Part shown: one piece after another, positions 8,070 to 17,116 of the stretch
Numbering within the stretch: position 1 is the stretch's first letter
Layout of the letters: each line of letters starts with the position of its first letter
IMG/VR virus record: IMGVR_UViG_3300025732_000020
Span: 1 to 64,000 of that record
DNA length: 64,000 nucleotides
Origin: a virus
Strand: one strand, 5' to 3'
Notes under the pieces: model-generated
What the model was told of the DNA's origin: nothing
Seen by the model: the letters and a program-made list of their open reading frames with translations, nothing else
Database searches by the model: none
Program-made: the position numbers and the translations under genes

Positions 8070-8516
8070 ATGGCCATTTCTCTCCGCGCTCCAGACGTAA
8101 GACTGGCCGTATTAGAAGAAAAATTAGATGTATATGAGGAACTCTCAAGAGAGATGCTCGCCAAGTTAGAGACTGCGGTTGATAAAATTTCAGAAGCAAA
8201 TCAGAATGTTGCGCGGATTTTAGTCCGCCATGAAGAGCGTTTAGACCAAACGCTCCAATCTGATGCAGCAATTATGAAACTCCTTGATGAGTTAAAGGAA
8301 CAAAGAAAACAGGACATGGTTCGATTAAATGAAGAGCTAAAGGGTATAAAAGAAGATATTGAATCTGCGCATAGTAAAGTCTCTGACCTCTCCAGATACA
8401 GATGGTTAATAGTTGGCGCGACACTTGTTCTTTCATTTGTTATATCTGAGAGTAATTTACTCTCGAACATGTTCAGTACTACCTCACAAGATACTCATAT
8501 AGAAAGGTCAAAGTGA
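8070..8516 (+). CDS. Coiled-coil protein with C-terminal TM helix (holin/XhlA-like candidate)
   Basis: Heptad-rich N-terminus, RWLIVGATLVLSFVI TM segment; GTTTAAAG motif at 8028. Confidence 0.55.
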   Translation: MAISLRAPDVRLAVLEEKLDVYEELSREMLAKLETAVDKISEANQNVARILVRHEERLDQTLQSDAAIMKLLDELKEQRKQDMVRLNEELKGIKEDIESAHSKVSDLSRYRWLIVGATLVLSFVISESNLLSNMFSTTSQDTHIERSK

Positions 8517-8600
8517 GGGGAAAACGGGTAGGATTTATACATAAAAACGTCTGGAAAAGTGGTATAATACAGTGCGTATCAGTAGATTTCCCAGGTCACT

Positions 8601-8762
8601 ATGCTATTTTTCTTGTCAAAGACTCCACCGGCACAGTTATTCCCGTGGATTCACGAGATACTTCATACCTATAGGTGGGGAATTGTAGGGACTCTAAGTT
8701 TCCTATTGATATTTGTCCCAATCTATGGTATAATGTACATACACCAGGATTCTGGTAAATGA
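8601..8762 (+). CDS. Small membrane protein (alternative overlapping ORF 8513..8674)
   Basis: RWGIVGTLSFLLIFVPIYGIMYIH hydrophobic segment. Confidence 0.4.
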   Translation: MLFFLSKTPPAQLFPWIHEILHTYRWGIVGTLSFLLIFVPIYGIMYIHQDSGK

Positions 8763-8766
8763 GTTC

Positions 8767-8838
8767 GGGACTGTCGCCTATTGGTTAAGGCCCACTGCTT
8801 ATAACGGTGTGAACGGAGTTCAATTCTCCGCAGTCCTA
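8767..8838 (+). tRNA. tRNA-Ile(UAU)
   Basis: CACTG-CT TAT AA-CGGTG; acceptor GGGACTG/CAGTCCT. Confidence 0.9.
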
Positions 8839-8840
8839 TT

Positions 8841-8885
8841 GGGTAGTCTGCGCTGGAAAGATAAACCAGAATGCCGCTACCCACC
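8841..8885 (+). ncRNA. Small acceptor-stem-like hairpin RNA
   Basis: GGGTAGT/GCTACCC-ACC outer stem with inner CTGG/CCAG hairpin. Confidence 0.4.
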
Positions 8886-8886
8886 T

Positions 8887-8959
8887 GCTCCTTTAGCAAT
8901 CTGGTGAATGCAATCGACTCATAATCGATGTGAGGTGGGTTCGATCCCCTCAAGGAGCA
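8887..8959 (+). tRNA. tRNA with CAU anticodon (elongator Met, or Ile2)
   Basis: ATCGA-CT CAT AA-TCGAT; acceptor GCTCCTT/AAGGAGC. Confidence 0.9.
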
Positions 8960-8963
8960 CCTC

Positions 8964-9046
8964 GCGTGAGTGGCGGAATTGGTAGACGCCCAGGTTTTAG
9001 GTACCTGTGTCCTTGCGACGTGGAGGTTCAAGTCCTCTCTCACGCA
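8964..9046 (+). tRNA. tRNA-Leu(UAG)
   Basis: CAGGT-TT TAG GT-ACCTG; long variable arm. Confidence 0.93.
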
Positions 9047-9078
9047 TTTAGGTTAAAGATCTTTATGTAGGTAATCCT

Positions 9079-9387
9079 ATGTTGTCCACGCAAATAAGAC
9101 TAAGACTAGAGGCTATCGCGCAAAAAATTGCAAATCACGAAGCGGTAACCTTTGAAGAAATGCAATGGGCCCAGAAATGGGCAGATAATAATCGCTCAGC
9201 TGCCTCGATCTTGAATAAAGCTCGTAGGGTATCAATCAATGGAGTACCCGAAAAAGACTCACTCGATGAGTTTATGAACGATCTAGATTTAGGTGATCCA
9301 GATCCATCTAATCATCTTATCGGACCCCAAGACCCTGACACTCTTGCTAAATGGTTTAAAGCTCCACCATGGCTGAAAAACGACTGA
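9079..9387 (+). CDS. Hypothetical cyanophage protein
   Basis: 102-aa ORF with GGTTAAAG motif upstream. Confidence 0.75.
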   Translation: MLSTQIRLRLEAIAQKIANHEAVTFEEMQWAQKWADNNRSAASILNKARRVSINGVPEKDSLDEFMNDLDLGDPDPSNHLIGPQDPDTLAKWFKAPPWLKND

Positions 9388-9528
9388 TCACAGAGGAAGA
9401 GTTCGATAGGCTATCGGAGATGGCTCAAGAGTTAAAACTCCGTGAGTTGTTTGAAGAACCATCTTCATTTGAGGATGAACCAGAAGAATAATTATCTGGT
9501 ATAATAATAGAGTCTCTACGAGACTTAC

Positions 9529-9553
9529 GGGAGATTAGCTCAGTGGTAGAGCA
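9529..9553 (+). pseudogene. Orphan tRNA 5' fragment (acceptor 5' strand plus D arm)
   Basis: GGGAGATTAGCTCAGTGGTAGAGCA, a near-copy of the tRNA-Val 5' end at 10000. Confidence 0.75.
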
Positions 9554-9588
9554 ACTCATAAATAAAAAAAAATGCTCTACTAAAATTA

Positions 9589-10020
9589 ATGAAACAAACC
9601 GCCACTTGTCTAAATTGCTTTAAAACGTTTGCTTACAGTCCTTATCGTCAAAAAGGTAAGTATTGCAATAACAAATGTCAACAAGAATATACAAGAAATC
9701 AGTATATTACTAATTGGAAAGAAGGTTTAATTTCAGGAGGTTCTTCTTACAATTTATCTCAATATGTAAGAAATTATCTTTTAGAGGAAGCAAAATACAA
9801 GTGCTCTAAATGTGATTGGTTCGGAACTAATATTCATACTGGTAAAGTTCCATTAGAAATTGATCATATCGATGATGACCCATTTAATCACTCACCAAGC
9901 AATTTACAGGTTCTTTGCCCTAATTGCCACTCTCTTAAAACTCAACCACCAAATAAGAGTAAAGGTGGAAGATACAAAAATGGTGGTCATCCAAAATACG
10001 GGCGATTAGCTCAGCGGTAG
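9589..10020 (+). mobile_element. HNH homing endonuclease
   Basis: CxxC zinc motifs; LEIDHID...N...NLQVLCPNCHS; last codons overlap tRNA-Val. Confidence 0.9.
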
Positions 10021-10072
10021 TAGCGCCATCCTTACAAGATGGATGTCACTGGTTCGAATCCAGTATCGCCCA
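10000..10072 (+). tRNA. tRNA-Val(UAC)
   Basis: CCATC-CT TAC AA-GATGG; acceptor GGGCGAT/ATCGCCC. Confidence 0.93.
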
Positions 10073-10117
10073 TGTTAGGATTTAATAACATCTTAATCAA
10101 CAGTTTAAAGTAATCGT

Positions 10118-10303
10118 ATGGAAAATATCACCTTTTCTGATAGTATTAAAATCAAACCCGGCGGTAGTATCAGCATTTCCGGCGATGCTAAAGCCACTAT
10201 TATCATTGACAACGAGGTCATTACCCTATCGGCCTCTACCCCACTCGAGGAGTATTGCAAGCGATTTCCCTCCGCCTTAGAATGCAGAGAATACGATGTG
10301 TAA
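10118..10303 (+). CDS. CP12-like protein (C-terminal CP12 motif only)
   Basis: TPLEEYCKRFPSALECREYDV matches the CP12 C-terminal C-x8-C motif. Confidence 0.65.
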   Translation: MENITFSDSIKIKPGGSISISGDAKATIIIDNEVITLSASTPLEEYCKRFPSALECREYDV

Positions 10304-10310
10304 ATGACCC

Positions 10311-10340
10311 TTGACATGGCACCCCTCCCTGGAGTATGAT
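10311..10340 (+). promoter_or_regulatory. Sigma70 promoter
   Basis: TTGACA-18 nt-TATGAT. Confidence 0.7.
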
Positions 10341-10362
10341 TACTCTAGGGATTTTTTTTGCC

Positions 10363-10888
10363 ATGAACATTTTCTTTTCTCGACTACAATCCTCAAGTTG
10401 CTGCTGAGTATCACTGTGATAAGCATGTCAACAAGATGATTGTTGAGCATCTCCAGATGATGAGTGTAGCACTTGCTCACCATGGATTTGATCCTGCTCG
10501 GAAGAAAGACGGGGAGTTTTACAAAGTTCGTGGGTTTAAAAACCATCCTTGTACCCTATGGGTTAAAGAGTCTTCACTTAATTTTATTTGGACTTGGAAA
10601 CTTACCTGGCATCTTTGTGAAGAATTCAAAACCCGTTATGGCAAAGAACATTCTGGTAAAGATAGTCTGAGATCTATTAACCTTGAGGCCGTAATGTTTG
10701 ATTATCCAGATGTTGGTTATACTTCTCCGGCTCAAGCAATGCCAGACTTCTGTAAAGTTCCTCATAACCCGGTTAAAGCCTACCGTAACTACTACAACTG
10801 GACTAAGTGGCGCTTTGCTACTTGGAAGACTGAAGAACCAGATTGGTGGGCACCGGCTTGTTGTCTGGAGGCAAAAGATGAATACTAA
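10363..10888 (+). CDS. Pyrimidine-dimer DNA glycosylase/endonuclease V-like protein, with an apparent +1 frameshift at 10375-10378
   Basis: MNIFF | LDYNPQVAAEYHCDKHVNKM...HPCTLW...AMPD...VKAYRNYY; N-terminus lies in a different frame from the rest. Confidence 0.8.
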
Positions 10889-11522
10889 ATACTGTCTTAT
10901 TGGTGATCTACATGGAAGAGTGGACACTTTGGATAAAATTTTAGATAGATCGAGTGGATATAAATATATCTTTATGGGAGATATAATCCACCACAAGCCG
11001 TTCTTCCGAAGATCTAAGCGTACTTCTCCACTGCGGATGTTAAGTAAGGTCAAAAAGTTAGTAGATCAAGGCGATGCCACTCTCATCCTTGGAAATAACG
11101 AAAACTATATTCTCAAAAACCTACTACTCCCAGAAGAAAATATACTTCAAAAAGAAGTTAAGTATACCCTCTCATGTCTTAGAGACTTATCTCTTGATGA
11201 TAGACTTTCATATCTCCATTGGTTGACTACATCTCCGTTGACACTTGAATTTGACTCGTATGGCAGAACTTATCGTTGCGCCCATGCTTACTACAATCCT
11301 AGTTATACCTCTGAAACAAGAAACTCAGTACTTACTGGGATCGGTTACCCTTGGTTTAAGTTAGATAAGTTGGAAGATCATATAAGACCAGCAGCTGAAT
11401 ATTTCTTTGGTCATTATGGTTACCCTTATTTCCGTAAAAATCTTCACATTATCGACGCCACCAACTTCGAAGGAGTTGGAGTCTACTATACCGATCGTGA
11501 AGAGTTTTTAATTTACTACTAA
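10878..11522 (+). CDS. Calcineurin-like metallophosphoesterase
   Basis: IGDLHG, GDIIH, GNNE, HA and FGH motifs; probable start MNTKYC at 10878. Confidence 0.85.
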   Translation: MNTKYCLIGDLHGRVDTLDKILDRSSGYKYIFMGDIIHHKPFFRRSKRTSPLRMLSKVKKLVDQGDATLILGNNENYILKNLLLPEENILQKEVKYTLSCLRDLSLDDRLSYLHWLTTSPLTLEFDSYGRTYRCAHAYYNPSYTSETRNSVLTGIGYPWFKLDKLEDHIRPAAEYFFGHYGYPYFRKNLHIIDATNFEGVGVYYTDREEFLIYY

Positions 11523-11570
11523 CCAGCCACTGGCTGTGATAAAATATTCCCATACTCCTCTACTCTTTCC

Positions 11571-14264
11571 ATGTCAAAACTGAACAATCTTGGGTACGTT
11601 GTCCTTTCAGATTCAATGAACTCCAAGGTATTTGGAGATGAAGTCCAGTCCACTCAGGTAAATAGTAAGACCCTCTCCTCTATCAAAGAAGAGATGGAAA
11701 AGTTTGGGGTAGAATTTCCAGTTAAAAATCCTGATAACTTCTTTATCGAGGACTTCTCTCTGCCCCAACTTAAAGCAGGTAATATTAAAGACCACTTTGA
11801 CAAGATCTCTAAGGAACTCTGTGAAGATCAAGTCAAAATTATGAAAGACTTCGCATATACTGACATCCCAGATACCCCCGACCGAACAACTTTTTTCCTT
11901 TATGCCGGATGGGTAAAATATCCCTTTAATGGGTCCCCAGAGATTGTTGATGGAATCGAAGAAGATATTGCTGTTTATGACTGTGAGACCTTCGTAAAAG
12001 GAAGTGACTTCGGCCATCCTATCTTGGCCACCGCTGTGACTTCAAAGGCTTATTATATTTGGATGCATGAGGCATTTGTAAATACTAAAAAAACCTACCA
12101 ACCTACTCTTGTACCTATTGGAAGTAAGGATAAGATTCTTATTGCTCATAACGTAGCGTTTGACCGAGCTCGGACTCAAGAGGCATATACCCTTGGTAAG
12201 ACTAATCTGTGGTTTGATACCATGTCTGCTCATATTAATGTAAGTGGATTGGCTTCTGGTCAGCGTTGGTGGTATCTCCAGAAAGCCGCAAAGAAAGCCT
12301 CTTACAAGGCGGATCCTGTGTGGGCTGATAAGGGAGCTATGAACAATCTCATTGATTGTTATAACTTTCACTGCCAACCAATGGTCCCTCTTGAGCAGGA
12401 AGATAAGAAGATTCGTAATATCTTCGTCGACGCCTCTTCTATGGAAGAATTCGTACCCGAACGAGATGATCTGATTGCGTATGCTCTGAATGACGTAAAA
12501 ATCACCTTCGAGTTATACTCGATTCTTTTCCTCAAATACATCCAGAATAACCCTTCACTGACAACTCTCATCGGGCATTTTGGGATTTCTTCTGCTCATC
12601 TTCCTGTTGTTAACGACTGGGAAAAGTGGTTTGCTGACTGTGAAAAACAGTGGGAGGATTCAATCTCTCGCCAAGAAGAGATTCTCAGCGAAATGGCGCA
12701 AGAAGTATATCAATCATGGAACGAGGGGGAGTTGACTGATGAAGACATCAAAGTAGATCCGTGGCTTTCACAACTCGACTGGGAAGCAAACTTCAAACTC
12801 ACTAAGACCGGTAAACCCAGTTCAAAGTGGTATGGAGTACCTAAATGGGTAAGAAGTGTCTCTTCTAAGGAACTTGTTAATGGAAAGCCAGTAATTCAAG
12901 GTATCTCTACTAAAAACCGTCTTTCCCACCTCCTCCTTCGTCTTAAGTGGAACGATCAACCGATCCATTTCTTTACTGATAAGGGCTGGTGCTTCATGGA
13001 TGAGGAACTTGGGGATTATATCCGTATTCCCCATCCTGACGGAGAAGGAGTTAATGTCGGCGGTGTATTAACCAAGGATTATGCAGAGGACTTTGAGTCA
13101 GGTCAACTTAGTTCTGATCTTTCAGAAGCCAAAGAACTTATCAAGTTGGCAATTAATGTTGCATATTGGACATCCGTTCGGAGTCGGGTGAGAGAACAAC
13201 TCGTGGAGACAATCAAGACCCCCGAAGGTAAGAAGTTCAAGATGATTGTTCCGGCCGCTGTACCCCACAACACCTCAACTAACCGCGCAGGGGAAAATCT
13301 CTGGTTGACTGTTCCTGATCCTAAGTATGACAAGATTGGAAGTGAAATTAAGACCCGCGTTCAAGCACCTGAAGGATACGTATTTGTCCAGTCTGACTTT
13401 GACGCTCAAGAAGCTGTAGTTGCCTCGATTTTTGCCGATTCATACCACAAAGTCGCCGGAAGTACTCAGTTCTCCCACTCCATCCTTGCGGGGTCTAAAG
13501 ACGATGGGACGGACATGCACTCGATGACAGCTAAGGCCATTGGCATCTCCCGAGCTGTGGCTAAAGGATGTAATTATGGCATGTTGTATGGATGTGGGGC
13601 TAAGACTCTTGCAAACACGATCCGTAAGGGGAATAAAAATATCCCTATGAAGCAAGCAGTTGAAATGGGTAATAAACTAATTAAAATTAAGAAAGGTGAG
13701 AAGGCGTCTCGTGTATCTCAGACTTTGATCGGCGGGTCTGATTCCTATGCCTACAATGAGATGGCTCGGATTGCTAACATGCCAGTTCCCATTAACCCCC
13801 TCAGCGGTACCAAAATGTCTACGGCGTTTCGTCCTACTTCAGTGGGGACTGATTTTTGGACAATGCGTAACAACTGGTGCATCCAATCCACAGGAAGTGC
13901 CATGCTTCATGCCTTTATGACTGCCATGGAGTGGTTAATTAAGGATAATAGCCTCAACGCAGAGTTTTGCATGAGTGTCCATGATAGTATTCTCTATATC
14001 TGCCCTGAGAACCAAGCAGAAAAGGTCGCAGCTTTGTTCCAAGTAGCTCATGCTTGGTGCTGGGCTTGGATGAGGTATAACTACGGGATCTATGAACTTC
14101 CAGTAGCAAATGCTTGGCTCTCTTCCATTGAGATCGATAAGATCTTCCGTAAAGCCGCCACTGCAAACACTAAGACCGTTTCTCAGCAAAAATCCGAACT
14201 TGATGGTGAATCTCGAACCATCCAAGATCTCATCCCAATTTTCAACTCTATGTTTACAAAATGA
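11571..14264 (+). CDS. Family A DNA polymerase, mitochondrial Pol-gamma-like
   Basis: Exo motifs YDCET, HNVAFDRAR...DTMSAHINVSGL, YALND; polymerase motifs SDFDAQE, GTDMHSMTAKAIGISRAVAKGCNYGMLYG, SVHD. Confidence 0.95.
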   Translation: MSKLNNLGYVVLSDSMNSKVFGDEVQSTQVNSKTLSSIKEEMEKFGVEFPVKNPDNFFIEDFSLPQLKAGNIKDHFDKISKELCEDQVKIMKDFAYTDIPDTPDRTTFFLYAGWVKYPFNGSPEIVDGIEEDIAVYDCETFVKGSDFGHPILATAVTSKAYYIWMHEAFVNTKKTYQPTLVPIGSKDKILIAHNVAFDRARTQEAYTLGKTNLWFDTMSAHINVSGLASGQRWWYLQKAAKKASYKADPVWADKGAMNNLIDCYNFHCQPMVPLEQEDKKIRNIFVDASSMEEFVPERDDLIAYALNDVKITFELYSILFLKYIQNNPSLTTLIGHFGISSAHLPVVNDWEKWFADCEKQWEDSISRQEEILSEMAQEVYQSWNEGELTDEDIKVDPWLSQLDWEANFKLTKTGKPSSKWYGVPKWVRSVSSKELVNGKPVIQGISTKNRLSHLLLRLKWNDQPIHFFTDKGWCFMDEELGDYIRIPHPDGEGVNVGGVLTKDYAEDFESGQLSSDLSEAKELIKLAINVAYWTSVRSRVREQLVETIKTPEGKKFKMIVPAAVPHNTSTNRAGENLWLTVPDPKYDKIGSEIKTRVQAPEGYVFVQSDFDAQEAVVASIFADSYHKVAGSTQFSHSILAGSKDDGTDMHSMTAKAIGISRAVAKGCNYGMLYGCGAKTLANTIRKGNKNIPMKQAVEMGNKLIKIKKGEKASRVSQTLIGGSDSYAYNEMARIANMPVPINPLSGTKMSTAFRPTSVGTDFWTMRNNWCIQSTGSAMLHAFMTAMEWLIKDNSLNAEFCMSVHDSILYICPENQAEKVAALFQVAHAWCWAWMRYNYGIYELPVANAWLSSIEIDKIFRKAATANTKTVSQQKSELDGESRTIQDLIPIFNSMFTK

Positions 14265-14437
14265 AACATTTTAAATACGGGGCAAATGTAAAGTTCCTAG
14301 GCGGATGTAATTATGATCATATTTTGATCAAAAATCAGGTATATTTTGTAGAAAAGACCCTTTCAGAGGGATACGTTATTCTTAGAGGAATCCATGGAAA
14401 ATTTAACTCAGACTGCTTCGAACAGACAACCAAATAA
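14261..14437 (+). CDS. Hypothetical protein
   Basis: ATGA overlap with the polymerase stop; 58 aa. Confidence 0.6.
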   Translation: MKHFKYGANVKFLGGCNYDHILIKNQVYFVEKTLSEGYVILRGIHGKFNSDCFEQTTK

Positions 14438-14438
14438 A

Positions 14439-14756
14439 ATGAGTTGGTGGACATATATCTCCACGCATCTCATCCCTGTATGGCTCAAGTCCTTTGAAGA
14501 TAACTTCAGGATGTGGAGGGACTTGATGACTGGCAACTATGCCAATTATGCCCTTCTTGATGATGACGATCCGTTTACAGAATGTTATGAGTGGTTCTGG
14601 GCATCTATTAACATGGACGAGACCTATCCGAAAGAGTTCTTGGAGTATCTACAGGATTTATGTGATAGGATAGATAGCGGAGAAGAAGAACTTGTTCCCA
14701 TGGATCTTGACCAACTTAAAAGAATTGAAGAACTACTCGAGGATGTAGAATCATGA
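14439..14756 (+). CDS. Hypothetical protein
   Basis: Start MSWWTY immediately after the upstream stop. Confidence 0.7.
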   Translation: MSWWTYISTHLIPVWLKSFEDNFRMWRDLMTGNYANYALLDDDDPFTECYEWFWASINMDETYPKEFLEYLQDLCDRIDSGEEELVPMDLDQLKRIEELLEDVES

Positions 14757-15073
14757 AAAAATTACCTTATTTTAGACTAATTGAGTTTGTTCGGAGATGG
14801 GATTATGGCCACGAGTTCTATGTTTCATTCTTCAAAACATCTAAGTTTGTAGTATTACAAATTGCCATTGACTACAGCGAATATCCAGGTTGGCCATATC
14901 TGCAAATAACCTCAGGAATGGGCAAACTCTTCGGTATTTTGCTCAATGTCTGGAAAATTGGCATTTCCTTTGATCTATGCGGTTATCCTTGGAGATTTGT
15001 CATAGACGATATGGAAGAATATCCAACTCTTAAGGAACTATGCGAGGATTCCGATGAAACCCCTCCCCAGTGA
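14753..15073 (+). CDS. Hypothetical aromatic-rich protein (paralogue of 18220..18477)
   Basis: ATGA coupling. Confidence 0.7.
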   Translation: MKKLPYFRLIEFVRRWDYGHEFYVSFFKTSKFVVLQIAIDYSEYPGWPYLQITSGMGKLFGILLNVWKIGISFDLCGYPWRFVIDDMEEYPTLKELCEDSDETPPQ

Positions 15074-15192
15074 TTGGGACCTGAGAATCATGTGGACTGT
15101 GGCCACCTCATCCAGTATAGAAGGTGGCCCACCAGCCTATGCCAGGTTTGCCAAAATGTTGTATGATAGTCTTGGTGATGAGGAATCTTGCT

Positions 15193-15483
15193 ATGAACTC
15201 TTTGAAAGAAAAGAAAGCCCTTCTCAAGAAACTTGAGGGGGCCTATACCACTTGTTTTGATTGTGGGCGGGAGTATGGGGTGTATTCGGTTGGGTGCTCA
15301 TCCGTATGGACAGGAGAGTGCAATGTTTGTGGGAAAGAATCTCGAGTGACCGAAGCACGAGACTTTGGTTATTTCTCCAAACAAATTCGCCAACTTAAAA
15401 AAGAAATCAAGGATGAAACGAGTAACTGTAAAGCCAAAAAGCTCAAAAGCAAAGAATCGACTAGCCAATCTGATGGGGAATAA
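15193..15483 (+). CDS. Zinc-ribbon hypothetical protein
   Basis: CFDCG...CNVCG. Confidence 0.65.
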   Translation: MNSLKEKKALLKKLEGAYTTCFDCGREYGVYSVGCSSVWTGECNVCGKESRVTEARDFGYFSKQIRQLKKEIKDETSNCKAKKLKSKESTSQSDGE

Positions 15484-15782
15484 TCCCATTTGTATTGTAG
15501 AACAAGACAAAGGAGACGGAATGCTTTTCTTAGCGTCAGAAAACCAAAAGTACTTCTTCTGGGTAAACATCAATGATTTCTGGGAATGTGATTGGGAGGT
15601 ACTATGAAACCAAATTTTCATAAAGTTTTGGAGATGGCCCTTGAAGAAGGCGTCCGATTCGGTTATAATCGTGCTCATAAGCATGTAGAGAACCCACATG
15701 AGGATGCCATAGTTGATTGCGTGGTTCAAGGTGCTATGAATTCTATTTCTGAATGGTTTATTTTTGAAGAGGAAGTTTCTGA

Positions 15783-16067
15783 ATGAGTTTTTCTAAGACT
15801 GTTTCTGTTTGTGCTGCTCTTGCAAGTATCTTTGCTGCTGGTACTGCTGGATGGAAATTGGCAAATGAAAATCAAACGATCCCAGTAGAACAGGGACAAG
15901 ATGTCTCTGTTTTTGAAGAAAAAATTAATAAACTCGAGGAGAAATTAAAAGAAGTGGAGGAAAAACCTACTCCAGAAGCAACATCGGCTCCGATCGTAGT
16001 GCAACAACCTCCCGTTCTTCCTCCTCTGCCACCTGTACCCGAACCTCAACCCGGAGAAGTTGAATGA
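15783..16067 (+). CDS. Membrane-anchored coiled-coil, Pro-rich protein
   Basis: N-terminal TM/signal, coiled coil, PPVLPPLPP. Confidence 0.7.
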   Translation: MSFSKTVSVCAALASIFAAGTAGWKLANENQTIPVEQGQDVSVFEEKINKLEEKLKEVEEKPTPEATSAPIVVQQPPVLPPLPPVPEPQPGEVE

Positions 16068-16272
16068 CTTACGATCAACTCTACGAGCACGTTGTTGCTT
16101 ATGTTGCCATGCCACATACTACTATTACTGTGCATGATAAACGTCGTGCTTGTTTGATTCTGGGTGCATTTATGGAATTTAACCTTGATTGTCTAGATGA
16201 AGGCATAGATCCACGAACACTCGATATTACTAGTTTTATCAACGAGAAACTTGACATTTTGGAAGGTAAGAA

Positions 16273-16710
16273 ATGAAAACCTATAATCTCACCATCACTG
16301 AAAAGCAGGCACGAGCACTTGTAGATGCTACTGATTTGCTTCAAAGAGTTCAACTGGGTCAGTGGAGAGAAATTCAAGATAATCTACCTCTTCAAAAACC
16401 CATTGATTATGAGGAATTTCATCAAGATATGAGAATTATTGGAGCAATTCTATCCAAACATATGATTGATGGTATTGATGGTGGTGCTTCCTCACTTGGA
16501 GTAGGACATCCAGACCTTCCAGAAAGTAATGGTATTCTTTATGACCTTCATCGGGTCCTTCGTAGGAAACTTTCTGTCGAACGAGCAGTAGAACAGGGTA
16601 TCATTGAGAATGAAAATGTTTCCAGAAATGAAATGCCGATTACTGTAGACTTTGATATTCCTATGAAATGGGGGACTGAACCACTTGCTAAGATGGAAAG
16701 GGTCAGTTGA
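16273..16710 (+). CDS. Hypothetical protein
   Basis: 145-aa coupled ORF. Confidence 0.75.
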   Translation: MKTYNLTITEKQARALVDATDLLQRVQLGQWREIQDNLPLQKPIDYEEFHQDMRIIGAILSKHMIDGIDGGASSLGVGHPDLPESNGILYDLHRVLRRKLSVERAVEQGIIENENVSRNEMPITVDFDIPMKWGTEPLAKMERVS

Positions 16711-16758
16711 ACAACTGGCATAAGGGCATCTCCACAGGTGCTCTTTTTGTCTTATAAT
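16701..16758 (+). repeat. Stem-loop plus -10 promoter cassette, copy 1
   Basis: CAGTT/AACTG and GCATC/GGTGC hairpins then TATAAT; similar to 22245-22302. Confidence 0.7.
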
Positions 16759-17116
16759 AACTTCAGTTCAAATAAACCAATGGACGACCAGCACGCTCTT
16801 GACGTTCAAATTGCTGACACACTTGAGAAGATTCAACACATCAATCCTGTTCTGTATGGCATGTGGTATAGCAAGTTGTACCCTCCTCATGGTGATAACA
16901 AATACTGGACCACTGAAACTCTCGTCCGTTTGAACAACCTTTTGAAATGATTAGAGCAATCCTCAATCAGTTCCCTGCTCGCTATGGATCTTATTCTACT
17001 GAAGGTAACAAGATCCGCCGAACATTCTCTAGTGGTTTTAGTTACATCGCAAAAGAATGTAAATCACTACAAGAAGCACAACGCATCGTAAAAGATCTCA
17101 ATCAACTTTTAAGCAA

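Noticed and set aside
8723-9043. Minus-strand 106-aa ORF (also 5505..5878)
   Set aside because: Overlaps well-formed tRNA genes
11571-14264. Intein in the polymerase
   Set aside because: No intein terminal motifs or LAGLIDADG blocks; motif spacing is continuous
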